In this document: positions 10,021 through 21,316 of the stretch, one piece after another
Numbering within the stretch: the stretch's first letter is position 1
Layout of the letters: the number at the start of each line of letters is the position of its first letter
DNA from: Octopus bimaculoides
Lineage: Eukaryota
Length of the DNA stretch: 37,136 nucleotides
Direction of reading: 5' to 3'
Assembly (NCBI RefSeq): GCF_001194135.2
Contig: NC_068981.1
Span: 8,629,269-8,666,404 of the forward strand
Program-made: the position numbers and the translations under genes
Notes under the pieces: generated by a model
What the model was told of the DNA's origin: nothing
Database searches by the model: none
The model's input: the letters and a program-made list of their open reading frames with translations, nothing else

Positions 10021-10395
10021 GTATATAACTTATCATTTCTATTTTATGTATCACTCTGTAAAAACATTCCATTTTTAAATGGGTACGCAACGTTCTTCTC
10101 CCATACACACACATACATGTATATATATATATATACTGCCTCATCTTCGAAACGCCTAGTTTAGAATAGAGGCAGCTGATGAAGGAAAAGTTCCATATGT
10201 GGCTTGTCTGTTTTCCTATGTGTTCATTCTGTTGTCCGTAAAAAAAAGTTCGTTTTTTGTGCTTTGCTTATGTTCCCGTTCCTTTTTTGTACACGTATTT
10301 TGATGTCCTGTACCCGGATATGCATCTATATATACATGTAGATGTAGGTATGTACATATATGTATGTATATATGCATATGCTCACATATCATTTG

Positions 10396-10430
<35 letters not shown>

Positions 10431-10984
10431 NNNNNNNNNNNNNNNNNNNNNNNNNNNNNNNNNNNNNNNNNNNNATATATAAAGGTTTGATGAAAAAAAG
10501 TGTGTCCACGTGGCGAATTGCAGTGAAAAATATAAAAAGGAAACTGAATGGAAATTTTTTGCTGGACAAATAATATTTTTATGAAATAAAATAAACAGTC
10601 GATCGGTTTCGTTTCTGCTAATCATGACTAAGAAGTTAGCCATAATGCTGCAATTTCATGCTGTGATGAGAATTTTTCATTCCTAAAGCGAATACATTGA
10701 ATTGGCTACAGTGTGAATTCTGAGATAACGTCTCTTATAGAGGTACAATGCTAAAAGTAACACAGTAGAACAGGAAAATTGTGCAACTGTGGTGATAACA
10801 TTCCTAAATGCACATTTCTGCCTCTTTGGCCTTTGTCAATAGCAAGAATCCACTGACAACTGGTTGCCAAAACAAAATTAGCTGCTCCTGATGCTGTAAA
10901 CAGCAAATAAAAAATCACTGATGATGCAATTGGCTAGCAGGCTGAATAAAAAGTCGGTGTGAGTCAATATCAGTTAAAATAGCA

Positions 10985-11129
10985 CGTTCTGAGTTCAAAT
11001 TCCGCCGAGGTCAACTTGCCTTTCATCCTTTCGGGATCGATAAATTAATTACCAGTTGCGTACTAGGGTCGACCTAATCGACTGGCCCCCTCTCCAAAAC
11101 TTTCGGGCTTTGTGCCTAGAGAAGAAAAG
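10985..11129 (+). mobile_element. 5'-truncated family A SINE with 19-bp target-site duplication
   Basis: TSD aatatcagttaaaa(t/c)agca at 10966-10984 and 11130-11148. Confidence 0.9.
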
Positions 11130-11151
11130 AATATCAGTTAAAACAGCATTC

Positions 11152-11819
11152 TCTTCCCCCTCTTTTTCTTGGTACACACAGTCTGTCTGTATCAGTATTT
11201 GGGTGGAGTGACCCATATCTAGTTAGCAACTTCCTTGTCATTCTGTCTAAGCTGTTTAGTTCGTCTAGTGTCCATGCGATTACCCCTGCTCCGTATCTAA
11301 GGAGTGAAACCGTCTAAGTGTTGATAGCTTCGATCTTATTCCGTCCGTTTAATTTCTACTTAAGGATCAGTCTCAGTCTGCGCAAGTACTCCACCTTAAA
11401 TTTTTCTGTCATTTCTTTCTCCATCAATTTATCCATTTCCAAAATCCCCAAGTACCTATAGCTCGTCTCTTCTATCTGCTTCATAACCTCCCCCGACGGT
11501 ATCGTTAGTCCGTCCATACATTTGATGATTTTGCCTCTCTTCAAGACTAACACACCACACATTTTTAGTCTGAACTCTATTCTGATATCAGCACTGAAAG
11601 TTATACACCGTATCAACGAGGGAATTGACTTGGGATTCATCTTTACCATAAAGTTTGAAATCATCCATGAATAACAAATGGTTGACTTTTTGTTGGCGGC
11701 TTTTGAATACATTCCCAGCTTTGGCTTTCCTCAGAATCAGTGTTAGTGGTATCAAGCACAGTACAAAGATCAGTGGGGACAGGCAGTCTCCTTGGAAGAT
11801 GCCCCTCCTAATTTCTATT
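11152..11819 (-). mobile_element. R4/Dong-clade non-LTR retrotransposon, reverse transcriptase fragment (frameshift and stops)
   Basis: RRGIFQGDCLSPLIFVLCLIPL..VNHLLFMDDFKLYGKDE..FSADIRIEF..YRYLGILE..EYLRRLRLILK*KLNGRNKIEAINT*TVSLLRYGAG..LHP..DRLCVPRKRGGR. Confidence 0.9.
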
Positions 11820-12159
11820 ATTATTATCATTATTATTATTTTTATTATTATTATTTTATGTTTGACTTTTGTTTTGCATTTGTACAAGTTGGATCCAAGT
11901 CTCACCCAGAGACCTCAAGAGACAACAAGTTAGAAGTTCATGTAGGTGTTATGCATAGGGTACCATATATTTGGATTTGTACAGTTTTGTTCAAGTGAAT
12001 GTTTAAGAAACCATAAGAAAATTATGTGTTTGCTTTAAAATTTGAGATCACATAGACAGTATTTTACGTAGGATATGGGCAGTTCCCATGAGCACTATCT
12101 TTTGAACTTCAGCCATTTTGGGGTTTCCTGGTATCTGAGCTAGGTAGTAATCAGCCCGT
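11817..12159 (-). mobile_element. R4/Dong-clade 3' end (RLE C-terminus, UTR, (TAA)n tail) flanked by (TAA)n on both sides
   Basis: ADYYLAQIPGNPKMAEVQKIVLMGTAHILRKILSM* (stop 12048-12050); tail about 11817-11858; upstream (TTA)n 12160-12215. Confidence 0.85.
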
Positions 12160-12168
12160 TTATTATTA

Positions 12169-12218
<50 letters not shown>

Positions 12219-12287
12219 GTCAGTGTTTAGCAGTAGAAGTGAAACGATAGATTTTAATGCCGTGTAGGTTTTAGTTTCAAATATTCA

Positions 12288-12352
12288 TACTCTGAGTTCA
12301 AACCCCACTGCAGTTGATTAAATAAGTACTTGGTATGTACTGGGGTTGATCA
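12288..12352 (+). mobile_element. Degraded, internally deleted family A SINE
   Basis: actctgagttcaaacccc..gattaaataagtacttggtatgtactggggttgatc. Confidence 0.45.
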
Positions 12353-12920
12353 AGTTAAGCTGTGTCTTAAGTGGCTTGTCCCTGAGAGATGCAATATATT
12401 ATTATCATGCTGTTATTTCACAAGTATTTTATTTATTGAAATCAACAACAGTCATGCTTTTTGGTGAAACCAAGAGCAGATAATCCACTTAATGAGTAAT
12501 ACCAAGGGCAAACAATTTTGTTAATTCCCGTAATTAAGGGCAAATAATTCTGTTATATATCTCCAGTGTTTCTTGCTGACTCTTATAGTATGCATGCTTA
12601 CATGCATACATGCATTCATGAATGCAGGCATACATGCACATATGCATACATGCACATATGCATACATGCACACACATTCGAAAAGAGGATCAACTCTTAT
12701 AAAAATGTTGAAGCATTTAAATACCTTTGGCTTCCACTCCAGATAGAGTTTCTGTCTGCCTTGCTACGTGTAAATGTTTTATCCCCAGGTCTTCTACTAC
12801 AAAAATTAAATAAAGTTTCAAAATAAAGTCGTTGAGATTTAGAATAAAGGAATTGTAGAATAATATATAATAGTATAATGTTATACAATAGTAATCTATA
12901 TAATATATAATACTACTATA

Positions 12921-13220
12921 ACAATTGCGGCGCGGAAGGTGCTTATACGCCATTTAAAAACACAAAAACCGTTAGATTCACTTCAACATTTAAGTTTAAT
13001 TTGCCAAAATATTTTTGTGCTGCACGGAATTTTGTCAGTGGACAGGTCGAGGTTTCAAAGCGACGAAAATATTTTGACAAATTAAATTTAAATGTTGAAG
13101 TGAATCTAATGGTTTTTGTGTTTTTAAGTGGCTTATAAACACCTTCCATGCTGCAATTGTTTTTGTTTCAGCACACGATCTCAGATCAGGTCACTTGCTA
13201 TGCAAGTACATCTCCGTAAA
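12921..13220. repeat. Fold-back element, 95-bp arms (12921-13015 / 13066-13160), 50-bp spacer
   Basis: acaattgcggcgcggaaggtgcttatacgccatttaaaaacacaaaaaccgttagattcacttcaacatt.. is the reverse complement of the right arm; right side continues to about 13220. Confidence 0.8.
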
Positions 13221-13618
13221 TACTACTATTATTATAGTATTAATACCGAAGGTGTGAAATAGATGGAAATTTAGAGAAATTTGACATAGATTTAGAGATG
13301 CAAACAGGAAAATAAAATTCAAAACATGTCTATGTGTAATTTTTATATATACTTGGTTTTTAATCTGTTGATTAATTTATAAGAGAATGGTTTGACATAA
13401 ATATCTAAAAGCAAACGTCCTCTCAGAAATTTGACAATGACTGATTGTGAAGGTAGAATCTGTGAGTATGTGTAGGGTTTATGTTGTCGAAAGGTGATGC
13501 AAGTAACAACCAAAACATGTACGTTCAATCCCAGTCAACGTACATCTTTCGTTGATTATCTTTCATTTGTGCTGTTTTGGGTTTGGATTTAATTCTAATT
13601 TAAACACACACACACACA

Positions 13619-13659
<41 letters not shown>

Positions 13660-13666
13660 TTATATA

Positions 13667-15240
13667 TCCATGACACCAACCACGCACTTCGTTTGTTCAA
13701 CTCTTTCTCCTTCCCTCCTGACCCCTCTAAACTTCTCTTCACTCTCGACATCCAGAGCCTTTACACGGTGATCCCTCACCACGAGGGACTGCGTGCACTC
13801 CAACATTTCCTTGACCTTCGACCCAACCCCCAACCCGACACATCCACACTCGTACGTCTGGCCGAACTTGTCCTCTCACTCAACTGCTTCTCGTTCGCTG
13901 GTGAATTCTACCAGCCTGCTCTTGGGAGTGGCCTTGGGAATGAGAATGGGCCCCAACTATGCGAACCTGTTCGTTGGCTACTTTGAGGCCCAAATATTTT
14001 CAAGTTTCACTGGTCCCACTCCCGAACTATACGGCCGTTATATTGATGACTGTATCGGTGCGACCTCACTCTCCCGCGAACATCTAGACTCCTTCCTCTC
14101 TTTTGTCAAGTCTTTCCATTCTGCCCTCCACTTTTCCTGCACTATCTCTGACACCTCTGTCTCCTTTCTTGACATTTCGGTCAGCATTCATCACTCTACT
14201 CTCACCACCTCCATCCATTACAAACAGACTCACACTCATACCTCAACTACTCCACCTCCCACTCTAAACACACCAAGCTTTCCATCCCCTATTCCCAATT
14301 CTTCCGTCTACGCAGGCTCTGTAGTGACGACCATGACTTTGAGACTCAGTCTCAATTCATAGCTCGCCACTTCATCCTACGTGGATATCTCCTCACCACT
14401 ATCCACACCGCCCTTGCCAGAGCACGTTCCGTGGACCGTGCATCTGCTCTCTTCCCCCGAACCCACCCCACTGTCTTCCGCCTCCCGTTTCCCCTCACCT
14501 ACCACCCCACCNNNNNNNNNNNNNNNNNNNNNNNNNNNNNNNNNNNNNNNNNNNNNNNNNNNNNNNNNNNNNNNNNNNNNNNNNNNNNNNNNNNNNNNNN
14601 NNNNNNNNNNNNNNNNNNNNNNNNNNNNNNNNNNNNNNNNNNNNNNNNNNNNNNNNNNNNNNNNNNNNNNNNNNNNNNNNNNNNNNNNNNNNNNNNNNNN
14701 NNNNNNNNNNNNNNNNNNNNNNNNNNNNNNNNNNNNNNNNNNNNNNNNNNNNNNNNNNNNNNNNNNNNNNNNNNNNNNNNNNNNNNNNNNNNNNNNNNNN
14801 NNNNNNNNNNNNNNNNNNNNNNNNNNNNNNNNNNNNNNNNNNNNNNNNNNNNNNNNNNNNNNNNNNNNNNNNNNNNNNNNNNNNNNNNNNNNNNNNNNNN
14901 NNNNNNNNNNNNNNNNNNNNNNNNNNNNNNNNNNNNNNNNTTACCTCTCCAACACCACCCTCCTCACCGGCACCCATCATCGACCCTATCATATCACCGA
15001 CTCCTTCACCTGCACTTATACCAATGTCATCTATTGCATCTCCTTCTCTCTCTGCCCTTCTCTATACATCGGGCAAACGGAACGCCGTTTGGCTGGCCGG
15101 TTCGCGGAACACCTCCGAGACATCCGACTCGGCAATGACACCCCGGTCTCGCGCCATTTCCGCTTTACTGGTCACTCTTCGCAACACCTGTCTGTGTTCG
15201 GATTGTCCTTGCACAGGGCTGAGTGTTGGACTGACCACCG
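13667..15240 (+). mobile_element. Penelope-like element (Neptune-like), RT plus GIY-YIG endonuclease, two frameshifts, internal gap 14512-14940
   Basis: LFTLDIQSLYTVIPH..GVALGMRMGPNYANLFVG..RYIDD (14039-14050)..SFLDI..HSYLNYSSSH..SIPYSQFFRLRRLCS..; after gap FTCTYTNVIYCI..LYIGQTERRLAGRFAEHLRDI..PVSRHF. Confidence 0.95.
14512..14940. other. Assembly gap (one of ten; others at about 1363, 5650, 8852, 10431, 18360, 23259, 27516, 33368, 34473)
   Basis: Runs of N, mostly flanked by microsatellites. Confidence 1.
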
Positions 15241-15591
15241 CCTATATATATATATATAAAATCCAGATAACAACAAGACAAAGAAATCCTTTAACACATC
15301 TTTAATGATTTCTTACAATTGTTTTTGCATCAAATCTGTTTGCAACACTTCTTAGCGCAAACATTCGAAGAGAAAATGTATGCAATGTTTGCGGTTTTAG
15401 ACATTAGCGTGGCACTTCACCAGACTTGTATCAAAGGTGCGCTGTCACATCACGCGTCTTCCAGACATTGCTTTGCGTTGTTCTTTCATTTCTTTTCTTT
15501 TCTTTTTGCTTATATTGGGAGGAAACAAAAAGTATATAAAAGTGTGTTTTTGGGGATGAGTAATCAGCGTAGAGATCATGACGGAGGGGGT

Positions 15592-15672
15592 AGAAGAAGA
15601 AGAAGAAGAAGAAGAAGAAGAAGAAGAAGAAGAAGAAGAAGGAGAAGAAGAAGAAGAAGAAGAAGAAGAAGA
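15592..15672. repeat. (AGA)n microsatellite
   Basis: Direct reading. Confidence 0.95.
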
Positions 15673-16135
15673 TTAATAAATTAGGTAGGGCCATAGAGAG
15701 CAAATCGCTTTGTCTGGATTTTTCGTGGTTGGTCAGTACAGCGATGCCACTGGTACCAAATTTCGTTTGATGAGTGAAATTTTATTTGAACACTAGACGA
15801 CATTCATCAGCGACAACGTTAAGCAGACGAGAGGTGGGGGGGAACGATTAAACTGATAATTCTGACAAGTCAAAATAATAATAATAATAATGAGAATACT
15901 TTTGATGTTTGTAGTGGCGGAGCAGTGTGGTAAGTTGTAGGAATAAATCACCTCCTCGTTAGCAGACCTACTTTGTGACCTTAGAAGGTGTAAGCAAGGG
16001 AAAAGAGATGCCAAAATGGAAAAAAATGGAGAAATTTAATAGACCCTAAAGAGTTAAAGCAGAAACTAAGAATTTAGAAATAGAAACATTATTTCTAAAT
16101 CTCTCAAAGAGAGATATTCGGTAACAGTTCTTTAA

Positions 16136-16610
16136 AGTAAAGGCTATTTGCCAACATCATGTGGCTGTTCTGGAAAGGACGATTGTTACTGTTGTTTAGC
16201 CTCAGGAAACATCGTTTCCAGCTGGCTATACAACACAATATCTGTGTCCTTATATTTTCGGACAGAGAGCTCAATACCCCCATCCAGCACAAAGCAACTT
16301 CTATGGACCGTTTCTGTTTATTAGATCAGTAACTGTGTGTCACTTTGAAAATTATATATTTTCGAACGGGAATTCAGCAGCGCCGTCTAGACGAGCAGCT
16401 ACTCTGTGCTGATAAAGGGCAATAACCCAGAAACCGGTCCACAGATGTTGCTTTGTGCTGTATGGGGGTGCTGAGCTCCCCTGTTCGAAAATATAAGGAC
16501 ACAAATATTGTGTCGTATAGCCAGCTGGAAACGACGTTTCCTGAGGCTAAGCAACAGTGACATTCGTCCCATCCAGGACTGCCACATTAGGTTGGCAAAT
16601 AGCCTTTACT
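16136..16610. mobile_element. MITE with about 180-bp TIRs and TTAA target duplication (Kolobok-like)
   Basis: TTAA 16132-16135 | agtaaaggctatttgccaac.. ; ..gttggcaaatagcctttact | TTAA 16611-16614; arms 16136-16316 and 16428-16610. Confidence 0.85.
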
Positions 16611-17349
16611 TTAAGAATTTAGAGTTTAATTGAAAAGCAGCCAAGAAAATTATAAACTATTCTAGTTTGAACAAATATGGCTTGGGTGAATTGAAGATGT
16701 ATAAAAGAAAAAAAGAAAAAATAGAGAAAATATAGAGATACCAAATATAGAAACTAAGAATAAATAGATAAGATGTATAGATTGAAAATTAATACTTAGC
16801 TAGTGATACATAAATAACAACCTTGTGAAAGAGACTAAGGATGAAAGTGATTGGGGTAAATATCACGTTTAAAAAGTTTTTAAAAGTACAAAATTAAAAA
16901 AATTGAGATTAAGTGTTTAGAATCAGCAAAAATAAAATAAATTAAAATAGATATTAGTTAAGCAGTTCGTTGCTAAATCTTTATTAAGTGGAGGAGTGTA
17001 AAAGGCGTGAGGTCAAACCGGGATTAGGGTTGAATATATAATATATTACGTTTGAAACTTAAGAAATCAAAAAAAAAATTTTTTAATTAAGTAAAAAATT
17101 ATAAAGAAACAAGTGAGATATGAAAATTATAAATTATAAATAAATTATAAATTATAATAATCATAAAAATATATTGTTCGAGAAGTGGAATAAACCGAAA
17201 ATGAATGGTCGAAGAAACAATAATCCGTTTAAGCCGTTATAGCATGAGTGTGGAGAATTAACAGAGATTAAACTAATTAGGGTCAGCAAAAATTAAAGTA
17301 TAATATCAGTAGTGTAATTGGATGCTGGTATTTGATATAATGAACTGTA

Positions 17350-18290
17350 AGAAACGTTAACCAACAATAGCTGAAGGTATGGAGTATGTAGGGGTACAAT
17401 GTGTGTGTTTATTTGGGGGTGGAGGGTAACAGTCTATTGGGTAGGTGTTCACCGTGTTGAGGCGTGCGTGTTTGTTTGTGGGTGCGTTAATGTATGCTCT
17501 GGCCAAACTCTTTTCTCAGCCAGGTATAACTTGCACTTCCTATACAGTTTCCATTTTCGTAGGATTTTCCACTTTATGCTGTACTTGGTGGCGCTTTCTT
17601 TAAAAGACCAAATGTGCTTGGCCAGAGTTATGGTGTCACGTCTCTCCGGGATGTTGAAGAAGAACTTGTGGTAGTTAGAGCAGGTTCTGAAGGGGCCTGC
17701 AGTTGCTTCCACGTACTTTTCGCACATTTTTTTCACACTGGGTGCACAGCTAAAGGAAATTCTCAAGGTATGCCTATTGAATATTTTGTTTAAATTTATT
17801 TGTACGTGGGAAGTGTTTATTTATTAAGCTAAGAAAAATCTTACCTACTTGGGTTTTAACAAGAGAAGGGCGGTGTGAACCACAACACTTTCCGGTGACG
17901 TCTTCTCTTCGAGGGGTTAGAGTCTGGCGTGTAACTAATTCTATCCTTGAAACCGCTGGCTGCCAGAGCCTCGTTATAGTACAAATCTCTTTGTTTCAAG
18001 ACAGGCTCGAGATTCTTCTGCTGACGCCCTTTATCAGGTTCTTGAAAACTATGGCTGGATGACAGGAACCTTTGTTAATATAAGTGAGCTATTAGTGAGG
18101 GATTATCAATCCGAACAGAATACTTCATAAGCTTTCTGTTGACACTCCAGGTTAACAACATTGTTTAGATTAGTAAAGAACTCCAAGTATTCTTATGGTA
18201 GGGTTTCAGATTCTGCTCCATCGTAATCCAGATTGTAAATCCGTGGTCGAGATCCAGTGAAACTGGTTTTTACACACTGATATACAAGAC
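17350..18290 (-). mobile_element. Penelope-like element, decayed RT C-terminal part, linker and GIY-YIG domain
   Basis: YINKGSCHPAIVFKNLIKGVSRRISSLS..YNEALAASGF..RKVLWFTPPFS..VGKIFLSLINKHFP..KIFNRHTLRISFSCAPSV..KYVEATAGPF..TITLAKHIWSFKE..YSIKWKIL. Confidence 0.85.
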
Positions 18291-18932
18291 AAGCGATAAA
18301 TAATGATCATTACATATTTTAATGACCATTATTTATACCTTGTGTTGTATATATATATANNNNNNNNNNNNNNNNNNNNNNNNNNNNNNNNNNNNNNNNN
18401 NNNNNNNNNNNNNNNNNNNNNNNNNNNNNNNNNNNNNNNNNNNNNNNNNNNNNNNNNNNNNNNNNNNNNNNNNNNNNNNNNNNNNNNNNNNNNNNNNNNN
18501 NNNNNNNNNNNNNNNNNNNNNNNNNNNNNNNNNNNNNNNNNNNNNNNNNNNNNNNNNNNNNNNNNNNNNNNNNNNNNNNNNNNNNNNNNNNNNNNNNNNN
18601 NNNNNNNNNNNNNNNNNNNNNNNNNNNNNNNNNNNNNNNNNNNNNNNNNNNNNNNNNNNNNNNNNNNNNNNNNNNNNNNNNNNNNNNNNNNNNTTGATAT
18701 GACTTTCATTTTATTTAAAACTTCTTTGTTGTAATTTACTTTCATTTTGTGCAAGATATCTATCGCGCAGAAAATGAATAGCTTCCGTACCCTGTTTTCC
18801 GATTGAGTGAAAATGATCAAACTGTAATATTTTTCTAAACGTTTTCTGAATAAATGAAACGCAAAATCGGATTCAGTGCAAAAAGTACTCCAATGTGCCA
18901 AATTTGAAAATTTTCCCTTAATTTTAAAAATC

Positions 18933-19171
18933 GAAATCTGTGGCAGCAACAGCAAAGGTCCCACTTTACCACACCCTCTCTCACTCTTTCTCTGTATATG
19001 TATATCGTACATGCTGAATGTAAGTTTCCCTCTGTGTATGTGCGTGTGTGTGTGTGTGTATGTGTGTGTATGAATGTGTGTACGAAGTTTTATTAGGGTA
19101 CCAGAGTCGAAAGACGCTCACAAAGTACGGGCAATTTCACATGCAACCGGGAACAATTTTCGGTATAGCTT
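18933..19171 (+). repeat. About 235-bp repeat, copy 1 (direct copy at 20439-20667)
   Basis: gaaatctgtggcagcaacagcaaaggtcc..gacgctcacaaagtacgg..aattttcggt.tagctt shared; flanks differ. Confidence 0.95.
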
Positions 19172-19529
19172 CTCTAGGGTGTGTCCATTTGGCCAGTTGC
19201 AAAGCGAACTGAGTACAGTTAGTTGTTTGTTAGTTAGGGTTCAGTGACGGGTAGGTGGAGGTTGTTTTTAAACTGAAATCTGATCTGCTTGTAAGCTTCT
19301 GCGGTTGACCCGTTTCACACCCGTTGCTGTCCAGTGTCAGTGTTCTATCTAACTAGGTCAAGGTTGGCATTACTATTTTGGCACGCCTGTTTGTGTTTTG
19401 TAGTAGTTGGGTGCTTGAGAACCTTATATTCTAGTATATTGCTTGTCATGTAATATTTTTAGTTATTCATATATTCACTGTCTGTGTTGTTTATATTCGG
19501 TAGTATAAAGTGGATAGAACATATGCTAG

Positions 19530-19880
19530 GTGGGTTATGGAGTGCCATTATTTTTTTTTTAGTTTATGATATACTTTTCTATTCACCTGTGTGTGGGACA
19601 TTGAGTTATCTAGAACGTTCCTTAAATTTCTTAAATGTTTTGGTATGCTTATGCAGGCATCGTAAGGCTCGTTCAATCCTGATATTAAGTAATTTGTGTC
19701 TGTATGTGAATATTTGGTAGATTTCCTCTATACATAACTTACAGCTGCCTTCACCAGTACGATATGGTTTAGCTGTACTGATTATTTCCCACTCCGTGCT
19801 ATAGCTAAAGCTGCGCTGAAAATCATACCCAGTTGCATGTGCAATTGCCTCTACTTTGTGCAGTGGAAACACGTGTAGGT
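19530..19880 (-). mobile_element. Penelope-like endonuclease C-terminal fragment
   Basis: YSTEWEIISTAKPYRTGEGSCKLCIEEIYQIFTYRHKLLNIRIERALRCLHK (WEI..AKPY..G...CxLC..LLN.R.E...C.H pattern). Confidence 0.75.
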
Positions 19881-19978
19881 CGTAATAACCATAAAAATAT
19901 GCTATATGTAATTATAAAATAAGAGGAAATTAATCTTGAGGATGAAGAAGTCTCCATGTTCTAATTCACGATAATTAT

Positions 19979-20010
<32 letters not shown>

Positions 20011-20015
<5 letters not shown>

Positions 20016-20259
20016 GCACCAGCATCGGTTGTCAAGCGATGTTGGGGAGACAAACACAGACACACAAACACACACACACACACACACACACATACGATAG
20101 GCTTCTTTCAGTTTCCGTCTCTCTAATCCGTTCACAAGGCTTTGGTCGGCCCGAGGCTATAATAGAAGACATTCGCCTAAGGTGCCACGCAGTGGGAATT
20201 AACCCGGAGCCATGTGGTTGGTAAGCAAGCTACTTACCACACAGCCATTCCTGCGCCTA
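20011..20259 (-). mobile_element. tRNA-derived SINE family B (CORE-like), 3'-truncated
   Basis: Minus: taggcgcaggaatggctgtgtggtaagtagc..ccgggttaattcccactgcgtggcaccttaggcgaatgtcttct..gggccgaccaaagccttg..catcgcttgacaaccgatgctggtg. Confidence 0.9.
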
Positions 20260-20438
20260 CATATATTATGTGGTAATGCTTCAACAACTAGAAGAGTACT
20301 CGATTAGCTAAATGTGTAAAGATAATCTTAAAATTAAAACAAAAAACACACACACAAATCTTATAAATACAGCTACCCAGGGTTTCCTGGTCGAAATAAT
20401 TTATTCTGCTGTTTATCAAACTGAAAACAAGATCGTTT

Positions 20439-20667
20439 GAAATCTGTGGCAGCAACAGCAAAGGTCCTACTTTACCACACCCTCTCTCACTCTTTCTCTG
20501 TATATGTATATCGTACATGCTGAATGTGAGTAAGTTTCCCTCTGTGTGTGTGTGTGTGTGTGTGTATGAATGTGTGTAAGAAGTTTTATTAGGTTGACAG
20601 AGTCGGAAGACGCTCACAAAGTACGGCCAATTTCACATGCAGCCGGGAACAATTTTCGGTGTAGCTT
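20439..20667 (+). repeat. About 230-bp repeat, copy 2
   Basis: High identity to 18933-19171 apart from the (TG)n tract. Confidence 0.95.
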
Positions 20668-20829
20668 TTGAGCAGATAATGTTTAAACAAGAGACACTTG
20701 TAAAGGAGAAAACAAAAAGAAAAAAGTACAAAGGAGGTAACCAATATTGCAATAATTCAATGTCAAGCAGACATAAGCCAGATATTAACGGTTTACTAAG
20801 TGTCCAGTGGTCTACTTTCAAATTCTAGC

Positions 20830-21316
20830 AAAAGATGTATTTCTTGAAATATGGACATAAAGAAAAAATCTCATTCCTCGAATTTATGTATTTGTTATAG
20901 GTTCTCAAGTGTATTAACAGACACAGTTTTTCAAGTGAACACACTGAACATTTTTTAGACTCGTTAATATAGGATCTGGATTTAGAGAGCATTTTACATT
21001 TGATATTGTAATTGGTTCCTTTGTCTTTAAGTTTCTGATTAATTCCGAAAGTGTTGTTGATTATTTCTTATCACAGGACATAAAATACGAAAGACGGTTG
21101 TTATATCTAGACTTAAATTTTCCTTCCACGGCTCCGATATAACGTTTGATAGCTGTACAACCATTGTCGCAGTTCGTTGAAACCTGTGTTTCATAAACAA
21201 CAGAAGATATATCGCACTTCTGTCCTAGAGGACATTTAGACTTGTCTCTACATGTGCATGTGGGGCAGACTTCGTTGCTTATTGATATACGATTTAACAT
21301 TAGGAGAGCAAGACTC
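20830..21316 (-). mobile_element. Penelope-like element, linker plus GIY-YIG endonuclease, 5'-truncated
   Basis: SCSPNVKSYINK..CTCRDKSKCPLGQKCDISSVVY..KRYIGAVEGKFKSRYNN..KSTTLSELIRNLKDKGTNYNIK..KKCSVCSLEK..INSRNEIFSLC. Confidence 0.85.

Noticed and set aside
10140-10200. CTGATGA-aggaa..ttcc preceded by cgaaacg
   Set aside because: No GAAA after the stem and no stem I in a permuted fold; cannot build a hammerhead
15740-15815. CTGATGA on the minus strand with a distant GAAA and tggtacca palindrome
   Set aside because: No stem II or stem I pairing and G at the cleavage position
19290-19350. ctgacac..gtgt-GAAA-cggg-tc downstream of a PLE fragment (minus strand)
   Set aside because: Core mutated and stems unsupported; too degenerate to call
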